Origin: Clostridiales bacterium
GTDB lineage: Bacteria; Bacillota; Clostridia; Peptostreptococcales; T1SED10-28
Assembly: GCA_007120165.1 (NCBI GenBank)
Contig: SKOH01000087.1
Coordinates: forward strand, 1,167-65,166
Length of the DNA stretch: 64,000 nt
Direction: 5' to 3'
Shown here: positions 39,008-48,808 of the stretch, in pieces
Layout: each line of letters opens with the position of its first letter
Position numbering within the stretch: position 1 is the first letter of the stretch
The notes under the pieces: model-generated
What the model was told of the DNA's origin: nothing
Database searches by the model: none
Seen by the model: the letters and a program-made list of their open reading frames with translations, nothing else
Position numbers and translations under genes: made by a program

Positions 39008-40288
39008 CTATTTTACCACAGGTTCATAACTATTATCAGTCCGTTTCATCGTTGACTGTTTAAACTTCTCCCCGAGGAGCCGCTGCTGGGTCTCTAAAAA
39101 CCTCCGGGATACGGGAAAGCGTTCTTCGGCCCAGTGAAGATACCGGGGACTGAAGCAGGAAGGATTGATCAGCACCGAACCCAGTATTAACAGCAGCGTG
39201 TTTTCTCTTAGGAAAACCTCCATACCCCCGGCCTTTTTACCGTTAAAAAAGTCCCAAAAGGTCCTTGCAGAGAAGCGGATTAACTGGTGGGCTCTTCTGT
39301 CAAAGTCGGTGCCCCCGTAATCCACCGAAAAAAGGGTTTGATGTCCATTCTGATAATCCCCTTTACAGTCCTGTAAATCATCAGCCATCTGCAGCAGGAC
39401 CCCGTAGTTAAAGCAGAATTTCTGTTCATCGGGATCCAAAACTCCCTTTACCAGATAGCCGTCTGCCAGCACGGATGCTCCCCCTTTATGAACGCTGATT
39501 CTTAAAATCTCTTGCTGCCGGGAGGCTGTCTCCCAATCTTTCTGCGGGTTCTTTGTGGACTTTCCCGATTGCTGCTTTAAACTATCCACCTGGCACTGAT
39601 GAATATATAAAAGGCTCTGAAAAACCTCAGAACAGGATTCCCTTGGGTAGGTTTGTTCAATTTTTGCGATCATATCGTAAATCTTTCTCTCGTTTTTTCC
39701 CCGGGATTTTATCTTTTCCCCGGACAAACGCTGCTTTAACCGTTGGCTGGCGGAATACTTTTCCTTCATTTCAACCTCCGGGTCGTCCATGAAATTGTCG
39801 GTATAGGGATAGAGCATACTGTATCCGAAAACCCCATCACTGCAGCTCACCGGAAGCATAAAAGCCTTTTGCAGCATATTCATAATCCATACATTCCGAA
39901 AAGCCTGTCCCACATCCTCTTTGGGGATTTCCGGTTCATAGTCCTGAACTTTTTTAATAAAGGCTTTAGAGCTTTTGAAAAAGTCAGGATCCTTAAATAT
40001 CTCTTTGGCTTCCCGGGAAAACACCGGCCCTTCCAGGAAAAATTTTTTCAGTACTTTTTCCAGCTTCTCCTGAGAGGCTGCTTTCTCCATTTTTTCAATC
40101 AATTGGAGGAGGGCCTTTTCATTCTCCCTTTTTTCCCTTGGGCTGACCTTTTGTATCCCGGCCGATAATCCTCCCCCCCAAGAATTTTCCCAGAGACTTA
40201 CGGCTTGCTGATATAACCCTTCAGAACTGAAATGCAGTTGACTGGATTCCCCTGGGTTCCCTTTTATATACATTAGGCTGTCCTCCAC
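39008..40288 (-). CDS. Hypothetical protein with class I isoprenoid-synthase-like motifs
   Basis: Two Asp-rich motifs, YPYTDNFMDD and GVLLQMADDLQD, with KGGASVLAD between them. Confidence 0.55.
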   Translation of the reverse strand: MEDSLMYIKGNPGESSQLHFSSEGLYQQAVSLWENSWGGGLSAGIQKVSPREKRENEKALLQLIEKMEKAASQEKLEKVLKKFFLEGPVFSREAKEIFKDPDFFKSSKAFIKKVQDYEPEIPKEDVGQAFRNVWIMNMLQKAFMLPVSCSDGVFGYSMLYPYTDNFMDDPEVEMKEKYSASQRLKQRLSGEKIKSRGKNERKIYDMIAKIEQTYPRESCSEVFQSLLYIHQCQVDSLKQQSGKSTKNPQKDWETASRQQEILRISVHKGGASVLADGYLVKGVLDPDEQKFCFNYGVLLQMADDLQDCKGDYQNGHQTLFSVDYGGTDFDRRAHQLIRFSARTFWDFFNGKKAGGMEVFLRENTLLLILGSVLINPSCFSPRYLHWAEERFPVSRRFLETQQRLLGEKFKQSTMKRTDNSYEPVVK

Positions 40289-40321
40289 TTTTTTATTTCG
40301 TTATTTATCCAGGCCTTTGAC

Positions 40322-40361
40322 AATAAAGCCCCGCAAGGACCGCTTCCTGCAGGGCTTTATT
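40322..40361 (-). terminator. Terminator after the formate dehydrogenase operon
   Basis: AATAAAGCCC...GGGCTTTATT inverted repeat with an inner AGGA/TCCT stem. Confidence 0.7.
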
Positions 40362-40402
40362 AAACAACTGATCAAAGGACCGTTTTTTGCTGCGTATTGT
40401 TC

Positions 40403-43078
40403 TTACATTGCTTTTTCGATATTTACTGCACTTACCTTCAATTCCGGTATTTTGGAGTATTCGTCCAGCACACTTCCGCTGGTCAGCACGTTTGCCGCCC
40501 CTTCAGCCCAGTGGAAAGGAATAAATACGGTGTTGCCGGAAATTTTATCGGTAACCTTCGCTTTAACGGTAATGGAACCCCGTCGGGAGGAAACCTTAAT
40601 CAAGTCCCCATTTTCAATATTCTTTCTGACGGCCGCTTCGGGACTGATCTCAATATAACTCTCCGGGGCCAGGTTATTCAGGCCTTCGGTCTTTCCGGTC
40701 ATGGTTCTTGTGTGGTACTGATAAAGCACCCGTCCGGTGGTCATAATCATTGGATATTCTTCGTCGGCGACTTCCGCCGAGGGCCGGTACTGAGCAGGTT
40801 TAAACAATCCGAGTCCCCGGGCGAAGCGCTCCCCGTGCAGGATCTTGGTTCCTTCATGGGTTTTGGTCGGACAGGGCCACTGCAGACCGTCGCCTTCCAA
40901 TCGGCTGTAATCGATTCCCGCATACTGGGGGGTCACCACCGCGATTTCATCCATGATCTCCGACGCACTTTGATAGGTTTTTTCATAACCCAGACGGTTC
41001 ATCAGGTTCATAAAGATCTCCCAGTCGTTCTTCGCCTCTCCCGGTGCATCGATGGCTTTACGGATCCGCTGGACTCTTCGCTCGGTATTTACAAAAGTTC
41101 CGTCCTTCTCCGCATAGGCGGTGGCCGGAAGGACCACATCGGCAAGCTCCGCGGTCTCGGTCATAAAGATGTCCTGTACCACTAAAAAGTCCAGACTCTC
41201 TAAGGCTTTTCGAATATGGGCCGTATCGGGATCGGAAACCATGGGGTTCTCTCCCATTACATAAATCATTTTTAAGCTTTTTCGAAGGGCATTGTCCATC
41301 ATTTCCGGCAGGGTCAGCCCGTTTTCATCGGAAAGTTCCACGCCCCAGGCATTTTCGAATTTTTTCTTTATCTCCGGATGCACCACCGGCTGATATCCCG
41401 GATACACATTGGGAAGTCCCCCCATATCACAGGCGCCCTGAACATTGTTTTGTCCTCTAAGGGGATTTACGCCGGTGCCTTCTCTTCCGATATTTCCGGT
41501 AAGCATTGCAAGGTTTGCAATACTCATTACACTTTCGGTGCCGGTACTGTGCTGGGTAATTCCCATACAGTAGTAAATCGCCGAACGTTCTCCTTCTCCG
41601 TAAATTCTTGCCGCTTTAATAATATCGTTGGCATCCACTTCACAGATTTCCGCCACTTTTTCCGGTGTATAGTCTTTTACCAGTTCCCTTAAGGCTTCAA
41701 AGTTTTCCGTACGTTCTTCAATAAACCCATCATCCTGAAGTCCCTCTTCCAGAATCACGTGCATCAGTCCGTTGGAAAGGGCAAGGCTGGTCCCGGGTTT
41801 GATCTGCAGGAAGACATCGGCATAGTGGGCCAGTTCAATCTCCCGAGGATCGGCAACGATGAGTTTTGCTCCGTTTGTTACCGCCTGTTTCATTTTGGAT
41901 CCGATCACCGGATGATTCTCCGTGGTGTTGGAACCGGTTACGAATAATACGTCGGACTTTAATACTTCGTCTACACTGTTTGTCATTGCTCCACTACCAA
42001 AGGTTGTTGCAAGACCTGCAACGGTAGAGGAATGTCAGAGCCGGGCACAGTGGTCCACACTGTTGGTTCCGATGGCTGCCCGCATAAACTTTTGCATCAT
42101 ATAATTGTCTTCCGTACTGCATCTTGCAGAGGTGAGTCCCGCAAAGGCTCCGGGCCCGTTTTCCTCTTTAATGGAATTGATTTTCCCGATAATGGTATCG
42201 TAGGCCTCTTCCCAGCTGGCCTCCTGAAGTCTGCCGTCCTTTCGGATCAAAGGCATCTTCAGCCGATTGGGATGACTCAGAAAATCGAAGGCAAATTTCC
42301 CCTTTACACAGAGCATGCGGTCATTAACGCCCTCCGCCGGCTGGACCTCGACGACTTTATTATCCTTTACCAGCAGATCCATCTGACATCCCACCCCGCA
42401 GTAAGAACAGGTGGTACGTACTTTTTCCGTTTCCCAGTAGCGGAACTTCGTTTTCTTTTTCGGTGCCAAAGCATCTACCGGACAGACGGAAACACAGTTT
42501 CCACAGGATACACAGGTGGATTCGGAAAGCCCTCTTTCCATCGGGGTGGCAATATGGGTTTCAAACCCTCTTTCCGCAAATCCGATGGCATGGGTTTCCT
42601 GAAGCTGGTCACAGACCATTACACATTTTCCGCATTTGATGCATTTATTCTGATCACTATAATAAAAATCATTGGAATAATCGATTTCATAGTGGTTTCT
42701 TTCGCCGTCATAGGAGGTTCTCTCTATTCCATACTGATAACAAAGATCCTGCAGCGTACATTCCCCTGCCTTTTCACAGGTTAAACATTCCAGCGGATGA
42801 TCCGCTAACAATAAATCCAATATTTCTTTCCGGGCGGTTACCACTTCTTCACCTTCGGTTTCTACCTCCATCCCCTCATAAACCGGGGTTACACAGGCCG
42901 TGGGAAGGTTTTTCCCGCCATTTACTTCCACCACACAGATTCTACAGGAACCGTGGGGTTTTAATCTGGGGTCGTGGCAGAAGGTCGGAATTTTGATGCC
43001 GATTGTTGCTGCCGCTTCCAATACGGTGGTGTCTTGTTCCACTTCCACCCTTTGACCATTAATTGATAAGGTCACCAT
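40403..43078 (-). CDS. fdhF: Selenocysteine-containing formate dehydrogenase alpha subunit (NuoG/HydA-like Fe-S N-terminus plus Mo/W-bisPGD domain), 891 aa
   Basis: The track ORFs 42035..43078 and 40403..41986 are in frame and joined through TGA at 42035-42037, reading [27 protein letters not shown]. Also TTCSYCGVGC, catalytic Arg in PLRGQNNVQG, and a SECIS hairpin. Confidence 0.95.
41984..42034 (-). promoter_or_regulatory. Bacterial SECIS element
   Basis: Upper stem GUUGCA-GGUCU-UGCAAC (42022-42006) begins 12 nt after the UGA. Lower stem: CAUU..UCUACC pairs with GGUAG..GGA..AAUG. Confidence 0.9.
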
Positions 43079-43164
43079 ATACGTTCTCCTCCTTCATAAA
43101 ATCATTTTGCTGTATTTCAATTATCGATCGCTGCGAAGCATCTTTAAGATGCCCGGGGTAACCC

Positions 43165-44961
43165 TTAGCCTTTTTTAATGGCGTCAAAAGGACAGGCTTC
43201 CAAACAGGCATTGCATTTGATACATTGTTCGGTATCTATATGATACACGGTTTTGCCTTTTGTTCCGCTGATACAGTTCACCGGGCATTTTGCTGCACAG
43301 ATTCCGCATTTTTTACATTTTTCATCAATCACCATATAATTCAGTAAGGCTTTACAGACCCCGGCAGGACATCGTTTTTCATGCACATGGGCTTCATACT
43401 CATCCATAAAATAATGCAGTGTAGAGAGTACAGGATTCGGGGCGGTTTGTCCCAGACCGCAAAGAGACGCATTTTTAATGGTCTTCGCCAGGGTCTGAAG
43501 TTTTGTCAGATCCTCGACAGTACCTGTCCCTGCTGCAATTTTATCCAGCATTTCCAGCATTCTTTTTGTGCCGTCCCGACAGGGGGTGCATTTGCCGCAG
43601 GATTCTTCTACAGTAAAGTCTAAGAAGAACCGGGCGATATCCACCATACAGTTATCTTCATCCATTACAATCATTCCGCCGGATCCCATCATGGAGCCCA
43701 GTTCAATCAGATTATCATAATCAATGGGCGTATCAATATGGGCCGCAGGAATACATCCTCCCGACGGTCCACCGGTCTGCACCGCTTTAAATGCTTTTCC
43801 GTTGGGAATGCCTCCCCCTACATCATAAATCGCTTCCCGAAGGGTGGTTCCCATCGGAATCTCCAACAGTCCGGTATTGTTGATTTTTCCACCTAAGGCA
43901 AATACTTTGGTGCCTTTGGATTTTTCCGTTCCGATACTGGAAAACCACTCGGCTCCCCGGAGGATGATCTGGGGCACATTGGCATAGGTTTCAACATTAT
44001 TTAACAGCGTAGGTTTATTAAAAATACCCTTTACTGCAGGAAAAGGCGGTCTTGGTCTGGGCATTCCCCGTTTTCCTTCAATAGAATTTATCAGTGCAGT
44101 TTCCTCTCCACAAACGAATGCCCCTGCTCCAAGGCGTATTTCCATATCGAAGCTAAAGTCTGTATCAAAGATATTTTCTCCCAACAGGCCCATATCCTTT
44201 GCCTGATCAATGGCAATCTGCAGTCGATTTACCGCAATCGGATACTCTGCCCGAATATATACGTAACCTTTATTGGCTCCCACAGCATAAGCTGCGATGG
44301 CCATCGACTCAATTATTACATGAGGGTCCCCCTCCAGGACGGAACGGTCCATAAAGGCCCCGGGATCCCCTTCATCGGCGTTACAGGCCACATACTTCTG
44401 GTCGCCCTCGGCCTTTGCGGTAAAGTCCCATTTCAGACCCGTGGGAAAACCCCCGCCTCCTCGTCCACGTAGTCCGGAATCCTTTACAATTTGAATGACT
44501 TCTTCCGGAGTCATGTCCGTCAGTACCCGGCCTAAGGCTTCATATCCGTCGTAGGCAATATATTCTTCAATAACCTCAGGATTAATCACCCCACAGTTTC
44601 TAAGGGCCACCCGCTCCTGCTTTTTATAAAATCCAACATCATTAATGGACTGCATTTCTCCTTCTTGAATGGATTCTTTATACAGTAAGTCCGTAACAAT
44701 TCTTCCCTTTACCAAATGCTCCGAAACGATGGTATCCACATCTTCTACTTTCAGTTGACTGTAAAAGGCCCCTTCAGGATAAACGATTACGATGGGACCA
44801 GCCTCACACAGCCCGAAACATCCGGTCTTTACGACCTTCGCTTCATTCTTTAAATCATTTTTTTCGATTAGGTCAATAAAACGTTCTTCAATTTTCAAGG
44901 AATCGGAAGATACACAACCGGTTCCTCCACATACAAGTATATGGGATCGATATAATTCCAT
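43165..44961 (-). CDS. NuoF-like NADH/FMN-binding subunit (HydB/HylB-like) of the FDH complex
   Basis: N-terminal thioredoxin-like 2Fe-2S domain, SGLRGRGGGGFP, NADEGDPGAFMD, GGPSGGC, ESCGKCTPCR, C-terminal 2x[4Fe-4S]. Confidence 0.93.
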   Translation of the reverse strand: MELYRSHILVCGGTGCVSSDSLKIEERFIDLIEKNDLKNEAKVVKTGCFGLCEAGPIVIVYPEGAFYSQLKVEDVDTIVSEHLVKGRIVTDLLYKESIQEGEMQSINDVGFYKKQERVALRNCGVINPEVIEEYIAYDGYEALGRVLTDMTPEEVIQIVKDSGLRGRGGGGFPTGLKWDFTAKAEGDQKYVACNADEGDPGAFMDRSVLEGDPHVIIESMAIAAYAVGANKGYVYIRAEYPIAVNRLQIAIDQAKDMGLLGENIFDTDFSFDMEIRLGAGAFVCGEETALINSIEGKRGMPRPRPPFPAVKGIFNKPTLLNNVETYANVPQIILRGAEWFSSIGTEKSKGTKVFALGGKINNTGLLEIPMGTTLREAIYDVGGGIPNGKAFKAVQTGGPSGGCIPAAHIDTPIDYDNLIELGSMMGSGGMIVMDEDNCMVDIARFFLDFTVEESCGKCTPCRDGTKRMLEMLDKIAAGTGTVEDLTKLQTLAKTIKNASLCGLGQTAPNPVLSTLHYFMDEYEAHVHEKRCPAGVCKALLNYMVIDEKCKKCGICAAKCPVNCISGTKGKTVYHIDTEQCIKCNACLEACPFDAIKKG

Positions 44962-44991
44962 GTTCAAACCTCCTTGCGTTTAGTTTCTACT

Positions 44992-45360
44992 TTACTTTTC
45001 ATAGGCTCCTATGGTATATTCCTGGACCACTTTGCCGTTGACAATGTGCTCCGCAACCACTCTTTTGGCTTTTTCCCCGTCCATGTGGACATAGGTCACT
45101 TTTTCTTCTCCTGCTCGATATACTTCAAACATCGGTTCCAGTCGACAGGCTCCGATACAGCCGGTTTGGGTTACCGTGACATCCTGTAGAGTTCTTTTCT
45201 TTACTTCTTCTACCAGCGCCATCATCACCGGTCTTGCCCCGGCGGAAATTCCACAGGTTGCCATTCCTACCACAATTCGGGTCCCTTTGCCGCTTCTTCG
45301 CATATCCACCTGATCCAACGAGTCTTTTCGAAGTTTACGCAGTTCTTCTAAACTTTTCAT
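44992..45360 (-). CDS. Thioredoxin-like [2Fe-2S] ferredoxin subunit (HydD/HndB-like) of the FDH module
   Basis: IVVGMATCGISAGA, TGCIGACRLEP. Confidence 0.88.
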   Translation of the reverse strand: MKSLEELRKLRKDSLDQVDMRRSGKGTRIVVGMATCGISAGARPVMMALVEEVKKRTLQDVTVTQTGCIGACRLEPMFEVYRAGEEKVTYVHMDGEKAKRVVAEHIVNGKVVQEYTIGAYEK

Positions 45361-45403
45361 CAATAAACCTCCCTTATCCATATAGTTTTACCTTGGGATT
45401 TCA

Positions 45404-45892
45404 TTACCCTTGGTATTTCTTCATAATTCCCGGAATATCTTTAACGTCCAGCTTTCCATAAACGTCTTCATTAATGGTGATTACCGGTGCAAGGCCGCAG
45501 GCCCCGATACACCTTGTAGCCTCTAACGTAAACTTCCCATCCGGTGAGGTCTCCCCGGTTTTGGTATCAATAATTTCACTGATCTTGTCCAAAATGGGTT
45601 GTGCGTTTTTAACATAACATGCGGTTCCCATACAGACCCCCACTACGTATTCCCCCTTGGGTACCAGCGAGAATTGAGAGTAAAAAGTTACCACTCCGTA
45701 AATATCACTCATGGGCACCTTTAATTCATCGGATACGTACTTTTGTACTTCATAGGGCACGCAGCCGAAAATCTTTTGAGCCTGGGTTAAGACCGGCATC
45801 AGAGGCCCTTTAGTTCCCCTTACTTTTTCAATCTGCTGATCCAGCTGCTGAAAATTTTCTTCCGTTAATACTTTTTCCACTAACTCTTTCAT
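45404..45892 (-). CDS. NuoE-like [2Fe-2S] subunit (HydC/HylC-like) of the FDH module
   Basis: GVVTFYSQF, VCMGTACYVK, RCIGACGLAP. Confidence 0.92.
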   Translation of the reverse strand: MKELVEKVLTEENFQQLDQQIEKVRGTKGPLMPVLTQAQKIFGCVPYEVQKYVSDELKVPMSDIYGVVTFYSQFSLVPKGEYVVGVCMGTACYVKNAQPILDKISEIIDTKTGETSPDGKFTLEATRCIGACGLAPVITINEDVYGKLDVKDIPGIMKKYQG

Positions 45893-45997
45893 TATGTCCC
45901 TCCTTATTAATAAATATTATCGCTAAATAAAAAATATTTTCACAGTTGGAATTTTCGGAAAATTCTTTTTCCTAAAACACCTGAACCGTTCCGGGAA

Positions 45998-46048
45998 GCG
46001 TTAAATTTTTAACTAATTAATTATAACCCATTATTTTTCTAAAATCAA
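45998..46048 (-). promoter_or_regulatory. sigmaA promoter plus Rex-like operator for the FDH operon
   Basis: TTGATT-17-TATAAT (46048-46020); GCGTTAA-ATTT-TTAACTA at 45998-46015. Confidence 0.7.
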
Positions 46049-46154
46049 TTCTTTCCCGTTCAGTACTTTGAGGTTTTTATGCCTTAACCAACTTCCTTGG
46101 TCAGTTCCGTATTCAAAATCATCGAAACCGCCAATGCAGAACTATTCTTTCCTT

Positions 46155-46192
46155 AAAAAAAGAGAAAAATTCATTAAAGTAGAATTTTTCTC
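46155..46192 (-). terminator. Terminator after hydF
   Basis: GAGAAAAATTC-N9-GAATTTTTCTC plus a U tract. Confidence 0.7.
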
Positions 46193-46212
46193 ACTATTAA
46201 CCTTATTCTATT

Positions 46213-47466
46213 TTACCCCAGAACACTTTGGAATTCAACTGATGTTTTCCCGGCAAAGGGTTTTAGTGCCCGTTCTAAAATCCTATTGCTGTGGGCAATA
46301 AAAACGCCATAGTTTACGATGGGTACGCCTTGAGACTTTGCTCGCTGTATGCGGTGCATCATTTCCCTTCGGTTATGCATACAGGCTCCGCAGTGAATAA
46401 TCAGTTTATAATTCGAAAGATCCTCTTCAAACTTCGTACCGGAGACCCAGGTGAAGTTCAGACTTCCTCCAGCTTCCCTTTCCAGCCAGTTGGGAATCTT
46501 TACCTTACCAATATCGTCTTTTTGCTGATGGTGGGTACAGCCTTCGGCGATCAGTATGTTATCCCCGGGTTTTAAACTTTTTACGGCCTCTGCCCCCTTT
46601 ACCAATTCCTGCAGATCCCCTTTGAAGCGGGCATATAAAATTGAAAAGGCGGTTAAGGGTATCTCTTCGGGAACCATTTTCGAGACCTGATGAAACATCT
46701 GAGCATCGGTAATTACAAGCCTGGGCGGAGGGGTAAGATTTTTCAGAGCCTCCTGCAGTTCCGTTTCTTTGCATACCACCATAAATCCGTCGTGGTCTAA
46801 AATGTCCCGTATGACCTGTACCTGAGGTAAGATCATCCTTCCTTTAGGAGCAGCGGAATCAATGGGGGTAACCAGCACTACCATGTCCCCTTTATTGATC
46901 AGATCCCCCACCAGGGGTGGGTCAACCTCCTTTGGTGTGATGCCGGACATCCGCTCCTTTAGTTCCTCTATGCCGTCTTTGGTCTTCGCACTGATGAAGA
47001 CCCCTTTAGCTCCGTACTCTTTAAGGGTTTTGGTCATCTGCTGCTGCATGATTTCTAAGGCGGCCTTATCCCCGTTCATCTGGTCGGTCTTGTTGATCAC
47101 GATTAAAAATGGAATTTCTTTTTCCTGTATGGATTTTATTAACCCTCTTTCATATTCTCCAATCCCTGTGTTCACTTCGGTGACGATCAGGGCCATATCG
47201 GTTTTATTAAGAACCTCCTTCGTTTTTTGAATTCTCAGTTCTCCCACAACCCCCACATCATCAATCCCGGCGGTATCAATAATTACCACAGGACCCATGG
47301 GGAGAATCTCCATAGCCTTATATACAGGATCCGTAGTGGTTCCCGCCATCTCCGATACCAGGGCAATGTCCTGATTCGTAATTCCATTAATCAAACTGGA
47401 CTTTCCGGCATTTCTCCGTCCAAATATAGCAATATGGATTCGACTGCTTCTGGGCGTATTGTTCAT
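46213..47466 (-). CDS. hydF: [FeFe]-hydrogenase maturation GTPase HydF
   Basis: GRRNAGKSS, GTTTDPV, DTAG, NKTD, EGCTHH, HCGACM. Confidence 0.96.
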   Translation of the reverse strand: MNNTPRSSRIHIAIFGRRNAGKSSLINGITNQDIALVSEMAGTTTDPVYKAMEILPMGPVVIIDTAGIDDVGVVGELRIQKTKEVLNKTDMALIVTEVNTGIGEYERGLIKSIQEKEIPFLIVINKTDQMNGDKAALEIMQQQMTKTLKEYGAKGVFISAKTKDGIEELKERMSGITPKEVDPPLVGDLINKGDMVVLVTPIDSAAPKGRMILPQVQVIRDILDHDGFMVVCKETELQEALKNLTPPPRLVITDAQMFHQVSKMVPEEIPLTAFSILYARFKGDLQELVKGAEAVKSLKPGDNILIAEGCTHHQQKDDIGKVKIPNWLEREAGGSLNFTWVSGTKFEEDLSNYKLIIHCGACMHNRREMMHRIQRAKSQGVPIVNYGVFIAHSNRILERALKPFAGKTSVEFQSVLG

Positions 47467-48777
47467 CTAAACCGCCTCCTCAGGGATAATATTAAGATAT
47501 TTCGGCAGCTTTCTGCCGGCGTCCTCTACCGCTTTAAAGGCAGATGCTAAGTCGATCATGTTTTTGTTGCTGTAAATTTGATAGTTGGATCGGTACTTCA
47601 TCGGGGTGGAGATCAGCATAATGGTATTTGCTCCCGCTTTTAACGCTTTGGATTGCCCATCGGGGTCTATGGAAGCAAGGGCTGTGGTGGCAGGTAAGAA
47701 GACATTTTTACAAATCAGTCGGGTTACCGCCACGGCTCGAAGGGTCATGTCCACACTTCCCCGGGCGCAGGTTTCAAAGGGTGTACCCTTGGCCGGAATA
47801 AAAGGACCGATGCCGATCATATGGATTCCCATTTCTTTAAAGTATAAAATATCCTCAGCAATGTCCTCGGGCCTTTGGCCCGGGAGCCCGATCATATTCC
47901 CTGATCCGTTGACATAACCCAGTTCCCGCAGCCACTTTTGGCACTGTACTCTATGATCAAAATCGTCATCGGGATGAATGAAATTAAAGATCTCCCGGTT
48001 GGTGGTTTCAATTTTCAATAAAAAATGGTTCGCGCCGGCCTCTCTCAAGGTCTGATACTGTTCCCGGCTGAGTTCTCCGATACTAAGGGTAATTTTCATT
48101 CCCGTTTCTATTTTAATCCGCTTAATGATTTTCACAAGCATCTCTGCCGTATAGTAATCATCTTCCCCTGACTGGAGTATTACGGTTTTTAATCCCATAG
48201 CATGAAGTTTATGGACCTCTGCAAGGATCTCCTCTTGAGACATTCGATATCGTTGGGTCTCTTCACATCCTTTTCGTATTCCACAGTAATTGCAGCTCTT
48301 CCTGCAGTAGTTGGAAAATTCAATAGCTCCACGGATTTCAACCACATCCCCAACAATTTCCTTGCGCATCCGATCAGCGGCATTAAAGATGGCTTCGATT
48401 TCCCCTTGGTTTTCCGTTTTTAATAAATAGGTGATTTCTCCCTTTGTCGGAGTCTTCCCCTGTTCAATTTTACCGATGATTTCCCGGAAAAGAGCGGTAA
48501 TCCTATTGGTTTTTAAGCTCCTGATCAGCCCCTCCATTTTACGGGATTGATACCGGTGGATCTCCTTATACCCTAATGGATGCTCTATCAGGAGTTTTAG
48601 AGCGAAATCCCGATCTTCTCCGGAAATGGCAATGGAGGTGCTGCAGATTTCTCCAAACTCACTGGGTGTCGGCACCAATTCCGTCTTAATTTCCATGGAT
48701 CTTAATAATCCGTCGGCCTTTAGCATCTCACTGGTGGAATAACAAATAATAATATAGCGTTCCTGGTTTTGAATCAT
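47467..48777 (-). CDS. hydE: [FeFe]-hydrogenase maturase HydE with an N-terminal DUF3343-like (putative Se/S carrier) extension
   Basis: Core IEFSNYCRKSCNYCG, IGIGPFIP, PATTAL, C-terminal YQIY; sits between hydG and hydF. About 85 extra N-terminal residues. Confidence 0.9.
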   Translation of the reverse strand: MIQNQERYIIICYSTSEMLKADGLLRSMEIKTELVPTPSEFGEICSTSIAISGEDRDFALKLLIEHPLGYKEIHRYQSRKMEGLIRSLKTNRITALFREIIGKIEQGKTPTKGEITYLLKTENQGEIEAIFNAADRMRKEIVGDVVEIRGAIEFSNYCRKSCNYCGIRKGCEETQRYRMSQEEILAEVHKLHAMGLKTVILQSGEDDYYTAEMLVKIIKRIKIETGMKITLSIGELSREQYQTLREAGANHFLLKIETTNREIFNFIHPDDDFDHRVQCQKWLRELGYVNGSGNMIGLPGQRPEDIAEDILYFKEMGIHMIGIGPFIPAKGTPFETCARGSVDMTLRAVAVTRLICKNVFLPATTALASIDPDGQSKALKAGANTIMLISTPMKYRSNYQIYSNKNMIDLASAFKAVEDAGRKLPKYLNIIPEEAV

Positions 48778-48808
48778 AATCTTCCCCCATTTCTCAAGTC
48801 TTATATTG

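Noticed and set aside
40403-43078. FDH as two genes or a nonsense pseudogene, as the ORF track implies
   Set aside because: The stop is an in-frame UGA at the conserved Cys/Sec ligand position and is followed by a SECIS.
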